DNA of 64,000 nt from Octopus vulgaris. Lineage: Eukaryota. Positions 25,257 through 39,222 of the stretch are shown here, in pieces (the first letter of the stretch is position 1; every line of letters starts with the position of its first letter). The notes beneath the pieces are model-generated. The model did no database searches. It saw nothing but the letters and a program-made list of their open reading frames with translations, and was not told the DNA's origin. The DNA is taken from assembly GCA_951406725.2 (NCBI GenBank), contig OX597825.1, positions 68,386,001 through 68,450,000 on the forward strand, read 5' to 3'. The position numbers were made by a program, and so were the translations under genes.

Positions 25257-27172
25257 AACAGCAGAGGAGATTAACTTCACAATCTTTAAAAAAAACATCT
25301 CATTGCAACAGCCATTGTCATCCTAGAACTAACCTCATCATATACCTGGCCATTAATCCTTTCGTTACCATATTCTTACTAAAGTACATTGAACATAAAT
25401 TAATGCAAAATTTTTAAAATAATGAAGAATTTAGTAAAAATAACCGTCATCATTAAATTGGCATTTGGAACATATATTAACATGAAATTTTGATGGGAGG
25501 TTTTAATTTAGATCTCTTTAATCTTTTTTCTACCATCAAATTCGATGACTGGCATCTGTGCTAGCGGGGTACAAAGAGCACCATACAAGTGTGATCGTTG
25601 ACAGAGCGGCTAACCGGCTTCCATGCCTGTGGTACATAAAAGGCACCATTCGAGCATGATCGTTACCAGCATCGCCATTACTGGCACTTGTGCCCATGCT
25701 AGTAGGGTGCTAAGAGCACCATCCAAGCGTGATCGTTGCCAGAGCGGCTAACTGGCTTCCATGCCAGTGGCACGTAAAAGACACCATTCGAGCGTGATTG
25801 TTACCAGCATCGCCTTACTGGTACCTGTGCCAGTGGCATGTGCAAAAGATTCAAGCAAGGTCATTGCCAGTACCACCTGACTGGCCCCCATGCCGGTGGC
25901 ACATAAAAGCACCCACTACACTCTCAGAGTGGTTGGCGTTAGGAAGGGCATCCAGCTGTAGAAACTCTGCCAGATCAAGATTGGACCCTGGTGCAGCCAT
26001 CTGGTCTGCCATCCCTGAGTCAAATTTGTCCAACCCATGCTAGCATGGAAAGCGGACATTAAACGATGATGATTCCTACAGAAAAATATCAACTTTCTTT
26101 CAGTTAATTTTGACAATAATGAAGAATGTAGTAGAATAACTTTCCTGTTAAAGGAGCTGGAGTTTGGCACATAAATTAACACGCTTTCTGGCATATTTTG
26201 GAAAAAGGAATGTAAGAACCACCTCAATAATAATAATAATGAATGATTTCTTTATCAACCACAAGGGCTTACATAAAGAAAAAACATTATGGACAACACA
26301 GGACAAAACAAAGAATGTCTGTGAGTGAAAGTGTGTGTTGTTGTGAGGGTTTTGTGTGTAAACAAGACTAACAAAATTTTAAAAAACCAACAATGTGTAA
26401 TAATAATAATCTTTTCTACTATTGATACAAGGCCTGAAATGTGGAGGGGTCTAGTTGATTATATCAACTGCAGTGTTCATCTGGTACTTATTTCATTGAT
26501 CCCAAAAGGATCAAAGGTAATAAAGATAATCCTTTCTACTATAGGCACAAGGCCTGGAATTTTTTGGAGGAAAGGAATAATAGATTACATCAACCCCAAT
26601 GTTTCACCAATACTTAATTTATCAACCCTAAAAGGATGAAAGGCAAATTTCAGCAGAATTTGAATTCAGAGCATAGAGATGGGCGAAATACCACAAAGCA
26701 TTTCTTCCAGTATGCTAATGATTCTGCCAGCTCGCTGCCTTAATAATATTAATAATAATAATAATAGTAACACTAACAATAATAATCCTTTTTAATATAG
26801 GAACAAGGCCCGAAATTTTAAGGGAAAGGGACAAGTTAATTACATTGACCCTAGTACTTATTTTAATAATCTCTAAATGACAAAAGGCAAAGTTAACCAT
26901 GGTGGAATTTGAACTCAGAACGTAAAGATGGATGAAATGCTGCTTAGCATTTGTCCAACATGCTACCAATTCGCCAGTTCACCACAATAATAATAATAAT
27001 AATAATATAATCTCTAACCAAAGCACATTACTTCAAATTTGATGAAAGGATACTTTATCTTATTGAGCCAGGAAGGATTAAAAGTTTAGTCAGTGTTGTT
27101 GAGATTTGAACTCAAAACATAAATGGCTATAACTAAATACCACTTAATGACAACCAAATAACATTCAATTAA

Positions 27173-27392
27173 CCCTTTAGTGTTTAAACCGGCTATATCC
27201 GGCCCATATATTCTACTCATTTTATGCTCAAACTGGCCAGAACCAGTATCTCACACCTACCCTGCAATGTCATTCTAAAAATAAACAATTACATCTTTCA
27301 AATCTCGATGCAACAAGATAATACCAGATTAATTTTTTTAAATGTAAATGAATAAGGATTACTTCTGGCATATTAATTTGAACACTTAAGGG
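27173..27392. mobile_element. TTAA-flanked (piggyBac-like) MITE; copies at 35701-35919 (inverted), 40761-40815 and 46610-46760 (partial)
   Basis: ttaa|ccctttagtgtttaaa ... tttgaacacttaaggg|ttaa. Confidence 0.8.
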
Positions 27393-27477
27393 TTAAATGC
27401 CACTCGGTAACAACTAAAATCTACCTAACCGTCACCAATAGAATCCATCATCCTCGACAATAAAACAAGATACTCAC

Positions 27478-27681
27478 TTCTCCAACACAAAGAGGATCGA
27501 ACGTTGGCAGCTTGTATATAGCAAGGTCATTTGTGGTCTCTGCTCCAGTCGCTAGATAGGTCCGCGAGGGGTTGATTTCAATACTGTGGATACCGCAGGA
27601 GTCAGGAGCAGCACATGACGAGCTACCCTTCAGTGATGGGATGTCAAACATGCGTCCAGTTACCACATCTAGTACAATTAA
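27478..27681 (-). CDS. DCAF12: DCAF12 coding exon 2 (LIVLDVVTG...CGIHSIEINPSRTYLATG...LPTFDPLCVGE)
   Basis: Strong match to DCAF12 CGIHAIELNPSRTLLATGG...LPTLDPVCVG. Acceptor ttttgtcag, donor GTGAGT, 204 nt, phase 0/0. Confidence 0.95.
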
Positions 27682-28745
27682 CTGACAAAAAGGGAAGAAA
27701 GCTAAATATCATAAAAAGCGACGAGTTGTTTCGGGTGCCTGGATGGCAGTAACAGCATCCCTGCTTCATAGAGAGAGAAAGAGAGAGAGAAAGAAATAGA
27801 GAGATATGTAAATATGGTCAGAACAGTTAGCACAGTTTGTTGTTGTCCGCAGCTAGGGTAACCAGTGAAATGGCAATCTATAAAAACAAGGAAATTTAGG
27901 ATATTAACATCAAATTCAAAAGACATAATATCACAACACAGTCAACCCAAAAGGTTTTAACATTTGTTATTGTTGTCACAAGTAAATTCTCTTGATGCAT
28001 CATTCCAATTGTTGTTGGTTTTACAAGACAAAAATGGAATAAACATGTTCTTCTCGTGTGCATCAACGACAACGATATATTTTTAATAAAACTGAAATTA
28101 CAACAATTTCCAGAGAAAGAGAGAGAGATAGAGGGACAGATATAGAAAATAGATTAAAAGACTATGAGAAAATGTCATATTTTTTTATTAGGTTATATAT
28201 ACATGTGTGTCTGTGTATTTATATATATACATAATTGTGTTATGCAATGTATATACCAAATGATGGCAAATTATTTGTTCTGGTTCTCTGCTTCCTGTGT
28301 TCAAATCCTCTTGAAGTCAACTTTGCACTTCATCCTTTTTACGGTTGACAGAATAAGTGGCAGTCCAGCATGGTTGATTAATTGATTAATTAGCATGTGG
28401 GACGAGACAAGTCGCAGCATCATCTGTTCTGGTTTTTTGCAATCCGAGTCCAAATTCTGTCCTTCACATACTAGGAGTAGGCATCAGGGAAGACCGTGGT
28501 GCTAAAGCATCTTTCTGCACATGGACAGATCTCCTATCATCCTAAGAAATGTTGTACTTTTTCAAAGACCAAATACTGTGATGATCAAACTTGTGGTCCT
28601 TTCTCCATACCAAATTCCTTAGCAATTGGGCACAAAGTTTCAGAGACATTGGGAAGACACTTGACTCATCAACCAAGTAATTAATCTTATTTTTGCGTGG
28701 GTGTAGGTGTGTGTGTATGTATACTTGATGTCTTGTGCTTCCAGT

Positions 28746-28804
<59 letters not shown>

Positions 28805-29990
28805 GGCAAAATCATTTATAAAGATTTGTGCCTTTATATTTAGATTTAACAATCCAACATAACATATGACATCAGTGGGCTTATACTTACAATAGATAGC
28901 AGATTCCTATCAATGTTACGTTTTTTTGTGTAGTTTTACAAGAAAACAAAACAAATCCAAAACATACACACAAAGGTTACTTAACAACAAATCTTCATAA
29001 GTTGGTACCAATGTGTATCACATACATACAGAGAGAAATATAGTTTTAAAAAAGACAAAGAAATTCATGGTTATAAAATAAATTGTTTTATTTCATTAAA
29101 TTTTAAAGAAAATTTCAAACTTTGTTTCATATTTAGTACATTAAATATTGCAAAGTAAATTCATTCTTTGTGTTCCAATTCTAAAAATTCAATAATCATC
29201 AATATCAGTATTTATAATTACAGTCGCAAAATTTCCTTTGATAGTGTGTAAATTGTGTTCCTTATAGACAGACCTCTCATAGTTAATAAAGTGTTGAACA
29301 CTAATGGTATGCCAATTGGTTGTTCCAGTTCTCAGAAGCTATTAGATTTGATGTACTTATAAACAGACCAGCTACTTGTTTCTCTGGAAATGTTCATGTA
29401 GTGTAAACAGCACTGATGAAACCTCAATAAGTACCAAAAATTGATTAAAGCTGTTTGTTGTTTTTCTTTTTTTCCCTGTCAATCTACAGAGAAATAGGTA
29501 AATTTGACATGCCCTGTATGTCTACTTTATGAGTTTACATACATCTACTGAACATAGATTTAGCTTCAGTGTGTAAATACAGCCTTTAGTTGAATTATAG
29601 AGCTCTGCCTGCAAGATGGTTTGAAGGAATAACTCAATTAGAAATGACTGTCTTTATGGAAAAGCCCTGTAGTGTAACAATGATGTCCATTTACTAAGCA
29701 AAGCAAAATGCATGTTTTTGTAAATGTAAACCGATAAATATATTTACTGTTTATTCACAAATGTGCTGTCTTTGTAGTTTAATTAATATGCATCGGTAAT
29801 GAACGTACTGATATGCAAATGAGCTAATGTTGTGCCTGTTGTTCATGGTGTAATTTATTCAAAAGCTGCTGCAAACTAAGCTCTTTGCTACTGCAGAGCA
29901 AAGGAAGTAAACACTCCTGTATAAAGATGGGGCTAGCTTGCACACTTGTTTTCAGTACATATTAAAGCTACATAATTATGCATTCATTAG

Positions 29991-30064
29991 TGATCCTACT
30001 GATGAGCTATGAATGAGAAATTAATTTATTTGGTTATTAATAGTGAAACTCGAATATAGGATCA
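29991..30064 (+). ncRNA. Type-I hammerhead motif with a perfect 8-bp stem I
   Basis: tgatccta CTGATGA gctat...atagt GAAAC tcga ATA taggatca; the stem III palindrome ACTCGA(G>A)T has one mismatch. Confidence 0.75.
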
Positions 30065-30294
30065 ATTTTTTATGGTGTTCACTCTAGTGCCATTAACAGT
30101 ATGCCTTAAAATTCTTTCTTCGTAGTTTGGGTTTAACTGCTCTTTTTAGCATGTAAGAAGTCCTGTCAAGGGTGTTCTCTATGTGTATAAATCTTTATAC
30201 ACACATATATAAAAATGTTATGACTTATGACTTTTATTATGCATGCAAACAAAAGGTAATAAATTATTTTTATTTTTTACCCTCATATTTACAG

Positions 30295-30307
30295 TATATA
30301 CATGTGT

Positions 30308-30361
<54 letters not shown>

Positions 30362-30875
30362 GTATATATATATATACACACACATGTATATATATATACA
30401 CATGTATATATACATATATATATATATATACACATGTATATATACATATATATATACACATGTATATATACATACATATATATATATACACACAGATGTA
30501 TATATACATACATGCATGCATACATATATATAAACATGTATATAAACATACATGCATGCATACATATATATACACATGTATGCATACATACATGCATATA
30601 CATATATATACACATACATGCATGTATATATATACACATGTATATATACATATATGCGTACATATACATACATGCATACATATATATACACATGTATATA
30701 TACATATATGTGTACATATACATACATGCATACATATATATATACACATGTATATATACATACATGCATACATATATATACACAAGTATATATATATACG
30801 TGCATATATATATATATACACACATACATACTTGCACATATATATTTACACACATACATGTATACATACATATAC
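30295..30875. repeat. Long compound (TA)/(CA)/CATG microsatellite; similar tracts at 19070-19390, 55645-56250, 62460-62780
   Basis: Alternating purine-pyrimidine repeats that explain the overlapping low-complexity ORFs. Confidence 0.95.
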
Positions 30876-31271
30876 ATTAAATTCAACTAATGTTGAAAGT
30901 CAACAGAGTTTGCTTTACAAGTGTTGATATGTATTGAAAGATATAGAAAAACCTACACCTTAGAACCATCATGGCATGGGATGTGGCTTTTTAAACTAGA
31001 CAACATTTTGAAAAGACACCACATAGATTGCATATTTGATTGGAACCACAATCAGCTGCAGGTAAGTTCTGATCTTTGTGGACCTTAAAATGTCTTTTGA
31101 GGCCTCCATTAGATTTGCAAACCTTCTAGCATACACTGCATTGAAATGTGTGCACAGACATATAAGCAGAATAGTAAGTGGAGGTTCGTTTTCGTTTAGT
31201 GCATTGTTAAGAGCTTATCAAAGGCAAAATTACACACTAGAACTATGATTGAAATACTTTATCCTTTTACG

Positions 31272-31302
<31 letters not shown>

Positions 31303-31416
31303 CATGCATGTGTGTGTATGTGTATTATGTGTTGAAAGTGAAACAATAACATCTCTATTGTAATGTGAGATAATACATTCAGTTTTATATGTCTATGTGT
31401 GCATATGTGTGTATAC

Positions 31417-31467
<51 letters not shown>

Positions 31468-32407
31468 CACATATATATGTATATACATATGTATATATAT
31501 ATGTGTGTGTGTGTTGTGTATATTTATATACACACACACTTATACATGTGTGTGTGTGTGTGTCTGTACCCCCACCATTGCTTGACAACTGATGTTACTG
31601 TGTTTACATCCCTGTAACTCAGCTGTTTGGTAAATCACACCCAACTCGTGGAATTGATTTCTTCGATTAAAGGTGGTGCTCCAGCATGGTTGCAGCAACA
31701 TGACCGAAACAAGGGAAACAAAATCTATGCTGTTTTAATCCCGAGCAATGCCGGGTGTATCTCCCAGTATATATATAAATATATATATACATATACACAT
31801 GTATATGTATGTATATACATGTATATGCATGTACATCACATGTATATATCCTAAAAGGATAAATATTTCAATCATAGTTCTAATGTGTAATTTTGTCTTT
31901 GATAAGCTCTTAGCAATGCACTAAACTAAGTAAATATTGACAGAATATTCCTCTGGAGCAGGAAATAATATATTATTAGACTCACTGGTCTAAGGTTTTG
32001 TATCCTTAAATACCATATTGAATTTCTGCTGGGCTGGACAAAGGTCTGAAGATGACTAGCTGTTCCTCATCAACACTCCCCCAACTTTCCATGACACCAG
32101 TGTAAAGCCAAACACATTTTGGTAGTGCTGCTATTGCAGAAACTGTTTGTCTGTTTTCTGCACAGCAAATATTGGGCTTTCTTCAGGATTCTGACTTTGT
32201 ATTTCAGTAATTTTGGTTAGAGAGGTTTCTAGGAGCTAAATGTTTAATGAAAATGCATTACAGCAGATTGAAAGAGAATTGTATCTGAGCAAGTTGATAA
32301 GATTTTGGTTTTCAAACTGAAGAATTGATAACTGAAGTGTTCTGTCACCAATGCTGCACTGTGCATGTGTCAGATGGCGACAGTTACTGTTCAACGAGCA
32401 GTAAAAT

Positions 32408-32641
32408 ATATTTCTTTACTACCCACAAGGGGCTACACACAAAGAGGACAAACAAGGACAGGCAAACGGATTAAGTCGATTACATCGACACCAGTGCATA
32501 ACTGGTACTTATTTAATCGACCCCGAAAGGATGAAAGGCAAAGTCGACCTCGGCGGAATTTGAACTCAGAACGTAACAGCAGACGAAATACGGCTACGCA
32601 TTTCGTCCAGCATGTTAATGTTTCTGCCAGCTCGCCGCCTT
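32408..32641 (-). mobile_element. SINE family B, young-looking copy; others at 10672-10880(+), 11605-11820(+), 26410-26985(-), 45480-45782(+, tandem partial dimer), 50833-51056(-)
   Basis: Consensus ggcggcgagctggcagaaac...gttctgagttcaaattccgccgaggtcgactttgcctttcatcctttcggggtcga...gtaaagaaata with CpGs retained. Confidence 0.88.
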
Positions 32642-35486
32642 AGAGTGTAAAATAGATAGCTGCCAGAGCTACAATTCCCTGCCTATAAGCATAATTAAAG
32701 AGGTGTTAGTTTGTAGTACTGAGCTCAAATTTCGTCTAAGACAAATTCTGTGCTAGACTTGTATCATGCAAGGTATAATTGAACATGTTGACATCTGAAA
32801 TGCCATGATGGACTTCAACAAATCCCAGTTCTTCTTGGTAACAATGGTGGAGAAAAAAGATAGTAAAAACAAGAAAAGAAATAATATACAACACAGAACT
32901 GAAATTGTGTTAATGACAACATTATGACAAATTTGTAAAAAAAAAAAAAAAAAAAAATTACTAATGAATTTTATTCATTTAAAATATTTTGTCAGAAATT
33001 TAATAAATGAATGAATGAAAATTTCATCAGAATTTTCCTTTTGCAGGTTGTCGCAAGCAGAGTTATGGGCATGACAAAATGTGTTGCGAGATTTGTATTC
33101 ATAACCATACAGTTGATAGATAATCCAGCACCTTAAATCTCATGGCTATTGTGTTCCATTCTTTATTCAACAGTAACCGATGCTTGTAGTTAATCCAATT
33201 ATGTTTGATTTTTGTCATTCTCTCCATGACAAAGATATGATTATGCCATCGTCTGCTTCGTATAATTTCTTCCGTGATACTCTAGCTTAGCAGAGGAGTA
33301 AATTGATCAAACATATCTCTTCCAATCTTTCGTATATATTAGTTAATAGTCAACAGACCACCTCTCATCCTTCATATTAAGGATATCTACATGTATACTC
33401 TCTCTCTTTTACTCTTTTATTTGTTTCAGTCATTTGACTGTGGCCATGCTGGGGCACCGCCTTTAGTCGAGCAAATCGACCCCGGGACTTATTCTTTGTA
33501 AACCCAGTACTTATTCTATCGGTCTCTTTTGCCAAACCGCTAATTGACAGGGACGTAAACACACCAGCATCGGTTGTCAAGCAATGCTAGAGGGACAAAC
33601 ATATATATATATACACACACATATATATAACAGGCTTCTTTCAGTTTCCGTCAACCAAATCCACTCACAAGGCATTGGTCGGCCCGAGGCTATAGCAGAA
33701 GACACTTGCCCAAGATGCCACGCAGTGGGACTGAACCAGGAACCATGTGGTTGGTTAGCAAGCTACTTACCACACAGCCGGACTTCTGTCAAAAAACAGA
33801 CTATGCCCATATAGACTCTGATGAGTGTTAGCAGTGGTAAAACCTTGATACATTCATTGAGATCATTGCAACTAAAGGTGAACAGTTTTCCACTTGTTTA
33901 ATCTATAAGAATAACCTCATTACCCATTAATGTCTTTTAGTTGTTGAAGACCACGGTTGCTAGGTAACGGAAGATATCAGTAAATTGAAAGTAACCTAAT
34001 AAAGTAATCCAGTTCAAAACTGACAGAAATATATTATTTATTAATACATTGGTTAACAGAGAAATCATTTTATAACTTCAGCCAGTTACTGCAGCAGATC
34101 AAATCCTGCTAACTGCCCTCTAAATTATGAAGGCATTTTTAACCTAGCTACAAATTAGATAAATATTTCAATCAGCAATCGAAATAATAGCCAAATCTCC
34201 CTTAAATTGTATTGTACTATCTTTAATAAGGAAAATACATGTTAGATAATGTAGTCCTGCATATCCCTGAAAAAAGACAAGATGATGATCACAGTCACAA
34301 ATGAAATGTTTTTGATCACACGTCTGCTTAATCAAGGTTGACCAGGATCCAAACAACAGTACATAGATAGCCATTTGTATCTGATCAGTTGTGAGTTGCA
34401 TTTTTTTAAGAGTTAACTGGATGTAGATTGTTGAGAATACTTTTACAAACTAATACGTTATTTTTACTAAATTCTACATTATCACCAAAATTTACTGAAC
34501 CAAAAGTAGTTTATTTCAACAGAGATATGGTGAGAAAAGGGATCCATGCGCTTCTCTCAACTGGGTTCATTGCTGCTCAAAAGCAAACACAACTAACTGA
34601 TGGGGACAGGCTAATACACCTTGCCCTTAATGCACATGATGCAGGGAGTCGTGTGCAGCCACGGGACTGTCCAAAAAGCTGCCAGTCAGCAACAAGCATC
34701 GGCAACCTACCTGACCTGTCTTGAAGCAAAGACTGAGGAGTCCCAGTCAACTGCATGTCATTGAAGCCTTTCACTTTGCGAACTCCACCAGCACAGGGAA
34801 AGCAAGAATCTTAAATGAAATCACACTCACGGTACTCTCACTCCAGTAGGAGATGGCACAATGTGCAATGCTTCAAAACATTGTTCCCTGGCTTGGATTA
34901 GCAAGGGCATCATAGTCAAAACCAGTGTTTATTCTAAGATACTACCCTCCAAGACATATTGGAAACATACGTTTCACATGTTTTATTTTGATATTGTTTC
35001 TATGGCAGAGTGCCCTTCCTAACACTGAACACTTTACGATTCTTAAAATTCACTTCTGCTAATTAACAAATTGCAGACCTCTTTAACAAAGTACTACATA
35101 TATATATATATATATATAAGGTCCAAAATTGGTAAATTGTTCCAGGTGTTCATTTAGAAATTGGATTGGTTTACCACCTTGAAAATTTAGGCAACACAAC
35201 AAATCTATCATTTTATTATTATTATTTGTGGTGGGGTGGATTGAACCAATTCTTAGCTATCTCTTACAGGAGGCAACTACACCATTCTAGATACTTACCT
35301 CAATCTCCATTACTAAATCCCAGGAGGAGAATATTCTTGTCCAAGTGTTCCAAGTCAGTTTTGAGAATTTAAATATGGAAACAAAATGGCTGTAAAATAG
35401 CCCTAAAATGGTTTCTTTCTGTGATTAGTTGCTTGAATAATACTTCAGAATATGCTGCAATCTCCAATTTAAATATATAATTTCAT

Positions 35487-35533
<47 letters not shown>

Positions 35534-36934
35534 TGTGTGAGAGAGAGAGAGATGATTTTTATGAAATGAGTTAATCAAGGAAGGAGGGGCAATGCCGATG
35601 ATATTTTACAGGCTCAACAGAATAATGAAAGATAGTTACCCTCAGATCTTCAAACAAGAGGAGACATGGTCTGAAAGCATGCAACAGGATAAACACTTAA
35701 CCCTTTAGCATTCAAATTACTCTCTCAAATATAATGCTTATTTAATTCCAAATATTTTGAATTAACCAAGTATCATCTTGTAGCTTCAAGATTTTGATGA
35801 TGTAACTGTTATACTTTTAAGATGACATTGTAGGATAGGTGTGAGAAGTATGATCTGATCAATTTGAACACAAGAAGATAATATTTGGGCTGGATATAGC
35901 TGGTTTAAATGCTAACGGTTTAAATGCACCCATGTGCCAGCTGGGGGTTGTTTAATGGAGAGATGGATTAAACTAAATGATCCAACTTCTATTGAAGCAA
36001 AGTGCTGTACCGTGGCAGTATGAAAGCTTATTTCGAAGTTACAGGCTCATGAAACTGGGGTTAATATCCAAGTTCCTGAAGCATTTAGTAATTCAGAGTA
36101 CATAACCCTCTCCCTGAATGGGACACCAGTGCACAACGGTGTTAACCTCTTGCTACCACTAGAACTTATTTTCAGCTGAATGAACTGAAGAAATTTAAAA
36201 TGAAGTGGTTTGTTCAGCAACGGAACAAACCACTTGGTTCAAGAAGGAAACCAAGGACTCAAAGGTCATAACCTTGGCATCCTAAACCAGGTGTGGGCAA
36301 ACTTTTTTGAGTAGTGAGCTGCATGAGACGTGGCTTACTATCAGGTGAGCTGCACTGCTAAAACAATTAAAAGGTAATTTTTTATTAGGTGTGCCATTGA
36401 GGAAGTTCCATGGGTTGTAGGTTTCCCAAGACTGTCCTAAACCTTAGACTATGCACTTTTGGTAGTAAAAAAAAAAAAGGAGAAAAAAAAAGCAACAAAA
36501 AAACCCCACTAGATAACCTACTGCAAAATCAAGATGTTACATCTACTGCAGTACACTTGACTCTGTTCATCCAACTGTGTCAAATACTGTTTGCTACTTA
36601 TAAAAGAGGAGACATCACCCCACAGTTAGTTCTATTGATTGTCATGCTCAGCCACCTGTGTTGTTGAATTATGTCAGATACATCACCTGATATGTATGTA
36701 TGTATGTGCATGTGTGTATACATTTATCAAATATTTAAACTATTTCAAATACATTTGGGACACATTTTATCTCAACAAAGGCCATATGCACTGCTGCTTG
36801 TGTGAGAAAAATTCTCGCTTTAGGCAATAAGGTGATGAAAAACAACTGTCATTTCATGGTACCCTCTAGTGGAATGGTGAATACATTTCTAACTATCTGG
36901 CTATCTTTAGCATGGTGTACTACAAGAGTAAAAA

Positions 36935-37546
36935 GGGTAAAAACTCCCTTTGGTCATGACTGACCATGGACTTACACCTAGAAAGTTACCCTCCAAGGCA
37001 CAAGTAGTATTAGGGCTACAACCTGGTGGAAATCCTCGGAGTGTCTGTTTCGGCAACCGGCGGCTCCTCGGTCGTTCTGTCCCTGCGTCTGCGGACATTC
37101 TGCGGCAAACAGGATGTCTCTACATGTGGGATTGTTGGGGACCGCTTGTGAAATTCACATATTCCCAGGAAACTTTTTCCACTGCCATGGTTCGAGATGC
37201 CTCGAGGGTGGTGGAAGAAGCCGACTCAACCCGCCCAGGGTGAATGTCGCCACAAGTACAAGTAAGTAAGTAAGTACAAGTCTGAACAAGGTTGTTTATG
37301 GAAAACTAGCAGTTGCCCATGCATGCCAGCCTTCCCTCTCCACTCCACCAATGTTATCCAAAAGAAAGGAAAAGGCTGTTACAACTTGGCACTAGTGACA
37401 TCGCAACTCATTTCTACAGCTGAATGAACTGGAGCAACATGAAATAAAGTGTCTTGCTCAAGAACACAACACACAGCCTGGTCCAGGAATCAAACTCACT
37501 ACCTTGTGATTGTGAGCCTGATGCTCTAACCACTGAGCCATGCACC
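36935..37546 (-). mobile_element. tRNA-derived SINE (family D; relatives at 23615-23850 and 59617-59915) with a nested RTE-derived insertion at 37006-37275
   Basis: Head ggtgcatggctcagtggttagagc...gagtttgattcc; the insertion ends in (AAGT)n and is flanked by acaagt at 37000-37005 and 37276-37281. Confidence 0.75.
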
Positions 37547-37781
37547 TTCACAAGAGTGACAACCTTGGAATTAATCTGGAAGTCTTCATTTCCTTATAAA
37601 AAAATCAGTATCAAAATATGAAATGATCACATTTGATGCCAGCATAGGTGTCTACAATATATATTAAAGTTTCTTTTTATGCCAAGTTATGTATATATGA
37701 ACAATTTAATATTAAACTGAAGAATTACCCAATATTTTTTAGTCGAGTATGTGTTTATTGAACTTATACTAGAAGATTGAT

Positions 37782-37822
37782 GGTGACATCAAAGTTTCAG
37801 CTTGCTAGCCTTCATCAGACTG
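37782..37822 (-). ncRNA. Degenerate minimal hammerhead, sense to the DCAF12 pre-mRNA
   Basis: cagt CTGATGA aggct agca agct GAAAC tttgat GTC acc; core intact, stems I and III weakened. Confidence 0.55.
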
Positions 37823-38243
37823 TGCTATACTTGGAGTCTTAATTTTATACAGTTTTTGACAGGATATTTTTCTGAAGTAGGTGTAGCTATGTCACACTTG
37901 TAAAAGTTTAATAAACATCGTTACATTTATATAAGCATTGTTACTGTGTCAAATACTGTCTGCTACTTCTAAAGGAGGAGACAGCACCCCACAGTTAGTT
38001 CTATTTGATTGTCATGCTCAGCCACCTGCGTTGTTGAATTATGTCATATATATCACCTGATATGTATGTATGTGCATGTCTGTATACATTAATCAAATAT
38101 CTATTGACTAAACTGGCAAAATGGCCATTCCTAAATACAACAATATTTAATAAACACGTACTCCACTAATAAGTGTTGCATAATACTTCGGTCTAATGTT
38201 AAATTGTTTTCATATATAAATTGACATACATGTGTGTATGTGC

Positions 38244-38304
<61 letters not shown>

Positions 38305-39086
38305 TATATATGTATATGAAAAGAAGCTAGCTATAATAATCAAACACAGGTCCAGACATGACTGTGTGGTGAAGATGCTTGCTTTGCAACCATAGTGTTC
38401 TGGGTTCAATCCTAATGTGCAGCACCTTGGGCAAGTGTCTTCTATCAAAACCGTAACTCAACCAGTACCTTGTGAATGGAATTTAGTTGACAGAAATCAT
38501 GCTGAAACCGGTTGCATGTGTATGTATCATCATTGCTATTATTTTCATGTTTGCTTTCCTTGCTGACATGTGTTGGAAGGGTTATCACAAGTCAGTTCTT
38601 ATTCAGAGTTACTGCCCTCCTAAATGAAATAAAAGGCCATTCCTTGCTCATAAGTTCCATTTTTTGTGTGTGGATGCCCTTACTAACATCAGCCACATTG
38701 CCAAGTATGCCGAGTACATTTATTGTAGTACCAACAAAAGAGAAACCGTTATACTCTCAGCTAGACTTAGGCTGGCCGACAGCATGAGAAGACACCCAAC
38801 ACTGCATCTGCTTATTTGCTTTCCACTTTATTGAGTGTACTCAATAAAGTACCACTTTATCAAGGTACTAGTTGAGTTACGGTTTTTGATAGAAGACACT
38901 TGCCCAAGGTACTGGACATTAGGATTGAACCCAAAACACCATGGTTAGCTTAGATTGGAATCAAAATATATCGGATGACCTTATGCTCCGTCCTCAAAGA
39001 ACAGACAGTAAATGACAGAAGAATTAAGGTGCATGGATGAAGAGAGCAAGCCTATGAAGAGAGAAACACATAGGAGGGGTTCTGGA

Positions 39087-39088
<2 letters not shown>

Positions 39089-39126
<38 letters not shown>

Positions 39127-39184
39127 ACAGACAGAGAAAGAGAGAGGGAGGGAGGAAGGAAGGTAGGTAGGCAGGCAGGCAGGC

Positions 39185-39222
<38 letters not shown>

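Noticed and set aside
33817-33830. Isolated CTGATGA/CTGAAGA words (also about 7751, 24698, 32045, 49541) as hammerheads
   Set aside because: I could not find a matching stem II, GAAAC-palindrome and stem I.
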